A stretch of 63,129 bases of DNA, counting the filler, from Nitrospiraceae bacterium (GTDB taxonomy: Bacteria > Nitrospirota > Nitrospiria > Nitrospirales > Nitrospiraceae): NCBI GenBank assembly GCA_037442105.1. It is 5 parts of 5 records of this genome, joined end to end, with 100 filler letters (N's around TTAATTAATTAA, not from the genome) between each part and the next. Parts side by side here need not be neighbours in the genome. Positions count along the whole stretch, not along the records: positions 29,466 to 42,891 come from JBBIQV010000052.1; positions 42,992 to 55,457 come from JBBIQV010000053.1; 3 more parts are not named here. The stretch is one strand, 5' to 3'. Shown in pieces: positions 39,686-47,065 of the stretch. Positions within the stretch are counted from its first letter, which is position 1, and each line of letters opens with the position of its first letter. Under the pieces are notes generated by a model. The model worked only from the letters and a program-made list of their open reading frames with translations. It had not been told where the DNA came from and did not search any database. The translations under genes and the position numbers were made by a program.

Positions 39686-40639
39686 ATGGCCGCCACCTCG
39701 CCTTCTCCAGCCACCCGGACCGTCGTGATCGATGGGGTCACGCTGCATTTGGCACAGCCGATCACGGCATCTTACTCGTGGATCGGCAGCCACGAGTTGT
39801 TGAAACAACTGCTCGCCTGCTGGCTGGTCATCGATGAACGGGACCTGCCGCTGTCCCCGCGAATTACCGGACCACCGGGAATCGGCAAGACCACCCTCGC
39901 TATGGCGGGAGCCGGCGAACGGAAGCAGGGGCTCTACATTTATCAGTGCACGGCCGACACGCGGCCGGAGGATCTCCTGGTGACACCGGTCCTGGCCGAG
40001 TCCGGCAGCATTGCCTACCATGCCTCTCCCCTGGTCACAGCGGTGCTGACCGGAGGAATCTGCGTGCTGGACGAAGGGAACCGGATGAATGAAAAAAGCT
40101 GGGCCTCCTTAGCCCCGCTACTCGATCACCGGCGGTGCGTGGAGTCCATCGTGGCGGGGATTCTGATCCAGGCCCATCCGGACTTTCGTTGCTGCGTGAC
40201 GATGAATGAGGACGCATCGACTTACGAAGTGCCCGATTACATCCTCTCACGCCTGCAACCGACCTTGGGCATGAGCTTTCCGAACCGGGAAGATGAATTG
40301 GCCATTCTCCAGTACCATCTGCCCTTCGCCCCGGCCGAGATGCTGGCCATCACGGTCGACTTTCTCCAGGAGGCCCATCAACTGAACCTCGAGTACTCCG
40401 TCCGCGACGGCATTCACGTCCTGCAATACGCTCTGAAACGGTGCGCGCAGGACCCTGCCCACCCCCTGGCCAAAGATGACGCTTGGCGTGAGGCGCTGGT
40501 GAAGGTCCTGGGTGAAGAATCGCTCGACCTCGAAGGGCAGTCCCGGCGTCGAAAGCGAGCTCTCGGTAACCAACCGCTGCCACAGGGGCTTGGCGACTTT
40601 TTCTTCGAAAGCGATGATCCACTCCATCCAGACCGGTAA
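39686..40639 (+). CDS. MoxR-family AAA+ ATPase
   Basis: [29 protein letters not shown]. Confidence 0.85.
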   Translation: MAATSPSPATRTVVIDGVTLHLAQPITASYSWIGSHELLKQLLACWLVIDERDLPLSPRITGPPGIGKTTLAMAGAGERKQGLYIYQCTADTRPEDLLVTPVLAESGSIAYHASPLVTAVLTGGICVLDEGNRMNEKSWASLAPLLDHRRCVESIVAGILIQAHPDFRCCVTMNEDASTYEVPDYILSRLQPTLGMSFPNREDELAILQYHLPFAPAEMLAITVDFLQEAHQLNLEYSVRDGIHVLQYALKRCAQDPAHPLAKDDAWREALVKVLGEESLDLEGQSRRRKRALGNQPLPQGLGDFFFESDDPLHPDR

Positions 40640-40722
40640 ATCACAGTCTGAAAGTGTGAACGCCTTCAAGTCACAAAGTCGCGACGGCGAGGGACTTGAT
40701 GACTTTCTGACTTTGCGACCTT

Positions 40723-42672
40723 ATGACTAAGACAGCCGATTCCGTCTTCCGCATCTCGCCACGGACCGAAGTCCTGCCGGTTCTCCATGCCAGCGGCGAT
40801 GTAGCCCAGGAAGTCCGTGAACGGTTGATCAGCCGGCCGTTCGATTGCCTGGCTGTTCCGCTGCCGCCTTCGGTTGAGGATGAGCTTGAGCGAGCTATCG
40901 ATGACCTCCCCCATATCAGTGTGGTTACGATCCCTGAACCGGAGAGTGAGGAAGGGGCGGCCGTCAGTTACGTACCGGTCGATCCCTGCCAAGCCGTCAT
41001 CATGGGCATCCGTGTGGCGATGGGTGAAGGCATTCCCCGCGCATACATCGACCGCGAGGTCTCCGTGTTCGAGTCCCTTGCCTTCAGCGCATCGGACTCC
41101 TTTGCCCTGAAACGCGTGTCCTTGGAAGCCTTCTCTGCCTCCATGATTCCTTTCTGTCCAGCTCCCGACAAGGGGACCCAGCGATGGGAGAGGATCGCGT
41201 GGATGGCCTTTCGCCTCCATGAGCTGGAGTTGGAGTACGAGTCCATCCTGTGTCTGTGCCATCTGACTGATTGGCCGTGGCTTCGCCTGGCCTATCGGGA
41301 TCGGAGCGAGTACAGGAGTCCTGAAAAGCCGGGGGGAGCGCCGGAACGCCACCTCATTGAAATATCGACCCTCTACTTCGTGTTGGGCGAACTCCCGTTC
41401 ATTACCGAGCTCTATGAAAGGCGACGTGCGGAACTCCGCTCGGACCGCCACCTGTCGATAGACGGGATCAAGGAGCTGCTCCTCGAAACGAGGCAACGGT
41501 GGAGGCAGGCACACGACACCGATACCTATTCGATTCGGAACTGGGTAACCCCGCAGCTTCTCCAAACGTACCTCCAGTATGTCCGAAACTTGGCCTTGCT
41601 GGACCATCGCCTGACGCCTGATCTTTACACGCTCGTGCTGGCGGCAAAACAAACCGCGGGCGATGAGTTCGCCATCGCGCTTCTGGAAACCGCGAAGTCC
41701 TATTCCTTTCAACCGACGTTCGAGGGCGGATATGACAGAACGATCGAAGCAGGTATCGGCAAGCTGGAGCTTCCGGACGGCCGTGTGGCGCCGGCAAAGA
41801 ATCGCCTGCAAGGACCACCACAAGTCTGGCGAACGCTCTCGCTGCGTCCCCGGCCGACAAGGCGGGCAAATCGACGCTGGTCACTGCTGTGGAATCCTTA
41901 CCGGCAATGTTCATGGCCTCCGGAGGATCAGAAGATCGAAAGCTTCAATACTCATGTGCGGGAGCAGGCCAAGGCCCTCGTGGGAGCTGATCTGGCCCGC
42001 GTCGAAAAATTCAGCACTTCCATCAAAGACGGGATCGACCTGCGGGAGAGTCTCCGCCAATGGTGCCAGAGACTGGCTCCGGCGAAGCCGGTGCCTGTCT
42101 CGCTGCGCCCCGCGGCGGGGACAGTCCCCGTGCCGAAGGGGGACAGTCCCCGCCGCATGGACATCTATGTGAAGGACATCCCGCCGGCGCGAGGCAGTGT
42201 CGAGGCGGTTATCTTTCTGTTCGAGACCCCGGCTGATCCCGATCGGTATTCCTGGCAGGCAACGTGGTATGCCGAGCATGCGGAAGAATCCACCTTGTGC
42301 TTCTACGCAACTCCTTTTCTGGACAATCTGGTAGGTCCCGGCATCGGTCAGTCCAGCTATGGCGGGGCCCTGTTTCTCTTTCCGCCCCGTCCGATTCCCG
42401 ACATTTGGAACGATCCAGGGTTGGCTTTTGCGAAGTCTCTCGAGGAACGACTCATCGCGGCGGCAGCGGTGCATTCACGGGAACCTCATATCGCCCTGGT
42501 GGCGCCGATCCCTCCGCGGGCCAGTTGGCGATTGATTGCAAGGCAGTTCGGCAGGAAGCTGGTCTGTATTCCTCTCGCGCGGTTCTCCGGACAGACCGTC
42601 GATCGATTGCGACGGTTCCACGTCCTCAACGGGCATGAGATCAGAAGCTATGCGGCGCGGTTCATTCGCTAG
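40723..42672 (+). CDS. Large hypothetical protein, co-oriented partner of the MoxR ATPase
   Basis: 649-aa ORF directly downstream of the ATPase. Confidence 0.8.
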   Translation: MTKTADSVFRISPRTEVLPVLHASGDVAQEVRERLISRPFDCLAVPLPPSVEDELERAIDDLPHISVVTIPEPESEEGAAVSYVPVDPCQAVIMGIRVAMGEGIPRAYIDREVSVFESLAFSASDSFALKRVSLEAFSASMIPFCPAPDKGTQRWERIAWMAFRLHELELEYESILCLCHLTDWPWLRLAYRDRSEYRSPEKPGGAPERHLIEISTLYFVLGELPFITELYERRRAELRSDRHLSIDGIKELLLETRQRWRQAHDTDTYSIRNWVTPQLLQTYLQYVRNLALLDHRLTPDLYTLVLAAKQTAGDEFAIALLETAKSYSFQPTFEGGYDRTIEAGIGKLELPDGRVAPAKNRLQGPPQVWRTLSLRPRPTRRANRRWSLLWNPYRQCSWPPEDQKIESFNTHVREQAKALVGADLARVEKFSTSIKDGIDLRESLRQWCQRLAPAKPVPVSLRPAAGTVPVPKGDSPRRMDIYVKDIPPARGSVEAVIFLFETPADPDRYSWQATWYAEHAEESTLCFYATPFLDNLVGPGIGQSSYGGALFLFPPRPIPDIWNDPGLAFAKSLEERLIAAAAVHSREPHIALVAPIPPRASWRLIARQFGRKLVCIPLARFSGQTVDRLRRFHVLNGHEIRSYAARFIR

Positions 42673-42780
42673 AGAAGGCTATAGGCTAGGGGCAATGGGC
42701 CTGAGGCTGAGCAGCGATTTCTTCCCCATAGCCTATCGCCTATAGCCTATTGCCGGTTACTCGTATAAGCAGAATCGACC

Positions 42781-42891
42781 ATGACTATGGTCTCACGAGC
42801 AGAAGCCCAACAACGCATCGAACGGCTGAGGAAGGAGATGCGCCGGCACGATTTTCTCTACTACGTGAAGGATCGGCCGGAGATCTCGGAT
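42781..42891 (+). CDS. ligA: NAD-dependent DNA ligase, 5' fragment (cut by contig end)
   Basis: RIERLRKEMRRHDFLYYVKDRPEISD matches the LigA domain Ia (H..YY..D.P.ISD). Confidence 0.85.
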
Positions 42892-42991
42892 NNNNNNNNN
42901 NNNNNNNNNNNNNNNNNNNNNNNNNNNNNNNNNNNTTAATTAATTAANNNNNNNNNNNNNNNNNNNNNNNNNNNNNNNNNNNNNNNNNNNN
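42892..42991. other. Artificial contig linker
   Basis: N-run with TTAATTAATTAA. Confidence 0.98.
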
Positions 42992-43038
42992 AAGGCAAGA
43001 GCCTAGAATTGGCATAGTCAGTCAAAAGGATTTGCATC

Positions 43039-43827
43039 GTGAGCGATAATTCTAAAATCGAATGGACAGATGCAACGTGGAACCCAGTTCGAGGGTGTTC
43101 CAAGGTTAGTCCTGGCTGTATGAATTGCTATGCTGAGACGTTTGCAGAGCGTTTTCGTGGTGTGCCCGGCCATCCATTCGAACAGGGGTTTGATTTGCGC
43201 TTAGTTCCAGAGAAGCTTTCCGAGCCGTTGCGTTGGCGGACCCCTAAAATGATTTTCGTTAATTCAATGAGCGACTTGTTCCACGAACAGGTTCCTGACG
43301 AATTTATCGTCAACGTTGCCCGTGTAATGCGATTGGCCAACTGGCACACTTATCAGGTTTTGACCAAGCGTTCGGAACGGATGAGGGACCTGCTTAACGG
43401 GAAACTACAATTTGCCTCCACGCAGCCCAATATCTGGTGGGGGGTGAGTGTCGAAAATAGAAAGCATGGCCTTTCGCGCATCGACCATCTGCGTGAAGCT
43501 CCGGCACACATCAGATTCTTGTCGATCGAGCCGCTTCTTGAAGACCTGGGGGATTTCAGCCTTGAGGGGATTCGTTGGGTCATTGTAGGGGGAGAAAGTG
43601 GTCCGGGCGCAAGGCCCATGGCCAAGGAGTGGGTGCTTTCGATCCGTGATTTGTGCAAGAGGGATCACGTGCCGTTTTTCTTCAAGCAGTGGGGCGGAGT
43701 CCGGAAGAGTGAAACGGGGCGAACCCTCAATGGAAGAACCTACAGCGAATTTCCTGCTCGAAGTATTGCTCCTGTCCCATCCATGGAAGAGCTAATAAGT
43801 ATTCGAGAAGAACTCGAACTTGCATAG
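43039..43827 (+). CDS. DUF5131 / phage Gp37Gp68-family protein
   Basis: IEWTDATWNP..GC.KVSPGC.NCYA (Cx6Cx2C), FVNSMSDLFH, LTKR, VIVGGESG, FFKQWGG. Confidence 0.92.
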   Translation: MSDNSKIEWTDATWNPVRGCSKVSPGCMNCYAETFAERFRGVPGHPFEQGFDLRLVPEKLSEPLRWRTPKMIFVNSMSDLFHEQVPDEFIVNVARVMRLANWHTYQVLTKRSERMRDLLNGKLQFASTQPNIWWGVSVENRKHGLSRIDHLREAPAHIRFLSIEPLLEDLGDFSLEGIRWVIVGGESGPGARPMAKEWVLSIRDLCKRDHVPFFFKQWGGVRKSETGRTLNGRTYSEFPARSIAPVPSMEELISIREELELA

Positions 43828-43832
43828 GCTTC

Positions 43833-44909
43833 ATGTCGCCTGACGACTTTCACAATAAGCCGTTCAATGAGGGGACCCTCACCAAGCTTCACATCTTTGA
43901 ACTCTATGCACGAGAATGGTTCCCGGTGTTCTTAGCATCGGCGAATTCTCCGCGCGCAGCCATTCATCTTTTCGACTTTTTCGCTGGGCCTGGAACGGAT
44001 TGCCAAAATGTACACGGCAGTCCGCTGCGTCTGTTACGACAACTTCAGGAGTATCAGGGGACTCAAGGTTGGGGGAAAGTTCATATCCACGCGCACTTTT
44101 ATGACGAAGACTCGGACAAGATTGCGCGGCTCAAAGAGAACATCGCTAGTCACAATCCACAGCTCCCTAGCGTAAACTTCGATATCCGGCCGTTGCGGTT
44201 CGAGGACGCTTTTCGGGCGGCGGAGTCAACGCTAGCGGACTCACATGCGGCCAAACTAGTGTTTATCGACCAAACCGGTGTTGCGCACGTCACACCTGAG
44301 GTGTTTCGCAAGTTGGTTAATTCGCCAACATGTGACTTTTTGTTCTTTCTCTCGTCTTCGACGCTCCACCGATTTCGAGACCATCCAGCCATCTGGCAGA
44401 AAATAGATCGACCGGAAGATTACTACCACGTTCATCGTGAAGCACTTGAGTACTATAGAGGGCTGCTTCCACGTGGCCAAGAGTACTACCTTGCTCCGTT
44501 TTCAATAAAGAAGGGGGCAAACATTTACGGCCTCATCTTCGGATCTGCCCATCCGCTTGGCATCGATAAGTTTCTTGAGGTGGCGTGGCGTAAGGATGAA
44601 TTCAGCGGGGAAGCTGACTTTCCGATCGATCGCGAGAACATTCGTCCAGGACAGATGCTTTTACCAATGACCGAAGTGCAGACGCGCAAGCTTACAGCTT
44701 TCGAAAGCGAGCTTGAGAATCTGCTCAGGAGTAGGCGCCTTTCGAGTGAAGTCGATGTCATGAAGGTTTGTTTCGAGCATGGTGTGAAACGGCAACATGC
44801 TAGACCAGTCCTCTCAAGGCTGAAAAAGGAAGGTGTCATTGATATAGAGTTCCAAGTTCCCGATTTGCAGAGGCTTCGTTCCCCACGACCAATTCGCATG
44901 AGGAAGTAG
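43833..44909 (+). CDS. tcmP: Three-Cys-motif partner protein (TcmP-like, methyltransferase fold)
   Basis: T..KL.IF..Y...W, DFFAGPG, GSP, LVFID; adjacent to DUF5131. Confidence 0.8.
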   Translation: MSPDDFHNKPFNEGTLTKLHIFELYAREWFPVFLASANSPRAAIHLFDFFAGPGTDCQNVHGSPLRLLRQLQEYQGTQGWGKVHIHAHFYDEDSDKIARLKENIASHNPQLPSVNFDIRPLRFEDAFRAAESTLADSHAAKLVFIDQTGVAHVTPEVFRKLVNSPTCDFLFFLSSSTLHRFRDHPAIWQKIDRPEDYYHVHREALEYYRGLLPRGQEYYLAPFSIKKGANIYGLIFGSAHPLGIDKFLEVAWRKDEFSGEADFPIDRENIRPGQMLLPMTEVQTRKLTAFESELENLLRSRRLSSEVDVMKVCFEHGVKRQHARPVLSRLKKEGVIDIEFQVPDLQRLRSPRPIRMRK

Positions 44910-44913
44910 CGGA

Positions 44914-45015
44914 ATGTCTCCCGCAACCCAGATCGTCCAAAAACTCTGGAACTACTGCAACGTCCTCCCTGCCTGCCGCGCGTTGCTTGGCGCAGGCAGG
45001 CGGGATGAGCTACGG
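44914..45015 (+). pseudogene. hsdM 5' fragment 1, interrupted by a 33-bp palindromic insert (44968-45000)
   Basis: MSPATQIVQKLWNYCNVL matches the N-terminus of hsdM at 47066; ATGAGCTACGG follows the insert. Confidence 0.85.
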
Positions 45016-45079
45016 GCTTCCTTGCGCATTTCGAAAATCGTTGCGACATACCAAAAATGAATGTTGAGAGAGTCGCAGC

Positions 45080-45475
45080 ATGATAGAGGTCCTCTCCCTC
45101 GTCACAGTCAGAGAACGGTTTGGGATCAGTACGCCGAGGCGGCAGTTTCTGTATGAGCGCCTCCGCGCGGTGGTGACGCGGCTTCATGAGACGGGGCAGG
45201 TCAAGCACATTTACCTCTTCGGCAGCTTTCCCACTGAGGCTGCACTGCCGAATGATGTCGATCTGTTCGTTGTGATGTCCGCTGATTTTCACACCACCGG
45301 GCTCCCCAATGAACTCCTCGCCGTCTTTGTGCACGATTCCTGTCGAATCCGCTATAATGTCGATGTTTTTTGGGTCACCGAGTCGATCGGCGCTGAGCCT
45401 ATTGCAGATGCATTGGCGGTGTTCTCGCGTGACCGGCATTTTTGCTCTCAACCCATTGTCGAGGTGATTCTGTGA
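45080..45475 (+). CDS. Minimal Pol-beta-like nucleotidyltransferase (DUF6932-like)
   Basis: LFGSF......NDVDL (GS + DxD) and a downstream VD. Confidence 0.75.
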   Translation: MIEVLSLVTVRERFGISTPRRQFLYERLRAVVTRLHETGQVKHIYLFGSFPTEAALPNDVDLFVVMSADFHTTGLPNELLAVFVHDSCRIRYNVDVFWVTESIGAEPIADALAVFSRDRHFCSQPIVEVIL

Positions 45476-45669
45476 TTGCCAACGACGACGAACTCCATCA
45501 GGCTGAAACAGCCGTGCAGAAACTCTGGCGGTTTCTTGAACAGGCGAGGCAGACGCACGCACGCACGGACTATGAACGCCTTGCCGCCCCATACCTGCTT
45601 CAGATTCAGGACCGGCAACAAGAGATCTTGGCTTATCTTTCAACCAGGCCGGAAGTGTTGCGCGCGTAG
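45472..45669 (+). CDS. Small helical protein coupled to the nucleotidyltransferase
   Basis: GTGA start/stop overlap; MIANDDELHQA...EILAYL. Confidence 0.65.
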   Translation: MIANDDELHQAETAVQKLWRFLEQARQTHARTDYERLAAPYLLQIQDRQQEILAYLSTRPEVLRA

Positions 45670-45697
45670 CCTATTGTAGAAAGACGAACAGGATAAG

Positions 45698-45847
45698 ATG
45701 CGAAAAGCCTACAAGCAAAATCGGCGCTCCTGTGCACTCTGTAAACCACACAAAGCCGGCTGGGCCAAGCGATGGAAACCAAAGGAAGCCGAGCGTCGTC
45801 GCAACATGCTCGACGATTGCCGACAGGTTAGAGACATAGCAGCTTGA
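45698..45847 (+). CDS. 49-aa basic peptide with CxxCKPHK motif (not in ORF track)
   Basis: AGGA RBS; MRKAYKQNRRSCALCKPHKAGWAKRWKPKEAERRRNMLDDCRQVRDIAA. Confidence 0.55.
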   Translation: MRKAYKQNRRSCALCKPHKAGWAKRWKPKEAERRRNMLDDCRQVRDIAA

Positions 45848-45933
45848 TTCTTCTGAAATCAGTTTCCTCTTGGTTTCTCTATCTGTTCCCGGACTTCAGC
45901 CCCTATTCTGTTCTCTGAATTAGGCACCGCTCT

Positions 45934-46029
45934 ATGGGCCCTTCAGCCATCGTCCAAAAGCCCTGGAACTACTGCAATGTCCTCCCTGCCTGCGCCAAGC
46001 AGCGCGCGGCAGGCAGGCGCGACGACTAG
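45934..46029 (+). pseudogene. hsdM 5' fragment 2, interrupted by a 33-bp palindromic insert (45985-46017)
   Basis: MGPSAIVQKPWNYCNVL-[insert]-RDD*. Confidence 0.85.
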
Positions 46030-46037
46030 CGAGTGCC

Positions 46038-46199
46038 ATGACTACGTCTACTATCGTTAGTAAGCTTTGGAATTATTGCAATGTCCTGAGAGACGATGGG
46101 ATGAGCTACGGCGACTACGTCGAGCAGTTGACGTATTTGCTCTTCCTCAAGATGGCCGACGAGCGAACCAAGCCGCTGCCTGACTTGAGGCATCTGTGA
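46038..46199 (+). pseudogene. hsdM 5' fragment 3 (open 53-aa mini-ORF)
   Basis: MTTSTIVSKLWNYCNVLRDDGMSYGDYVEQLTYLLFLKMADERTKP-LPDLRHL*; stop overlaps the fic start (GTGA). Confidence 0.85.
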
Positions 46200-46840
46200 C
46201 ACCAGATGATCGATACGATGTGTCCGATCTGCCTGAAGCCCAATTTCAGCCCGGTTCGAATGACCAGGTGCTCAAGAATCGCCTTGGCATCACCTCGATG
46301 CAGGAGATGGATGCGGTGGAGGCGAGAGCGCTTGAGCAGGCGATGGATGTCCTGGTCAGGACCTACGGGGAGACGCATTGCTTCACAGCCGCCGATCTCT
46401 GTGAGTGTCACCGTCTTTGGCTTGGCGATATCTATGAATGGGCTGGACACTATCGGCGCGTGAATGTCAGTAAAGACGGCTTTCCCTTCGCGGGCGCCGC
46501 GCAGGTGCCTGCCTTGATGGTTCAGTTTGAGCGGGATGTGTTACGGCGCCGGACTCCGTGCAGGTTTGCTGATCGTGCGGAAGTTGTTCGTGCGCTGGCC
46601 GAAACACATGTCGAACTGGTGCTGATCCATCCGTTCCGTGATGGGAATGGACGCCTCGCCCGAGCGTTGTCTACGTTGATGGCGCTCCAGGCAGGACTGC
46701 CCCTGTTGGATTTCGGTGCGATGACGGGGAAGGGCAAGCACGCGCACATTGCCGCGATCCAGGCGGGCCTCGACAAGAACTATGCGCCGATGGAACAACT
46801 GTTGGAAGAGATTATCGAGCGGAGCGGCCTGTCTTCTTAA
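46196..46840 (+). CDS. Fic-family protein
   Basis: HPFRDGNGRLAR canonical Fic motif; VLKNRLGI and IYEWAG.YR. Confidence 0.92.
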   Translation: MTPDDRYDVSDLPEAQFQPGSNDQVLKNRLGITSMQEMDAVEARALEQAMDVLVRTYGETHCFTAADLCECHRLWLGDIYEWAGHYRRVNVSKDGFPFAGAAQVPALMVQFERDVLRRRTPCRFADRAEVVRALAETHVELVLIHPFRDGNGRLARALSTLMALQAGLPLLDFGAMTGKGKHAHIAAIQAGLDKNYAPMEQLLEEIIERSGLSS

Positions 46841-47003
46841 GCGCCGGCCTCTTCGTTGGCTCGGCGAGGATACGGGCGATGGATTCAATGGATGCGCCGG
46901 TTTCCACTGCGGTCGAACTGGCGACGTTGGCCACAAGAGCCTTCCGGTATTTCGCCGGGTTCTTGAGGTGCGGATTGGTTTCAATCAGCGACTTATTCTT
47001 CAC
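46812..47003 (-). CDS. Small putative Fic antitoxin (convergent with fic)
   Basis: AGAGG RBS, GTG start, 63 aa, contains NVASSTAVETG (SxxxE-like inhibitory motif). Confidence 0.55.
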   Translation of the reverse strand: MKNKSLIETNPHLKNPAKYRKALVANVASSTAVETGASIESIARILAEPTKRPALKKTGRSAR

Positions 47004-47065
47004 GGCTGTAGCCTCTTGGCTTGAGTGCGATTGTACCTCATGACGTGGAGTGAGACCATCACAAA

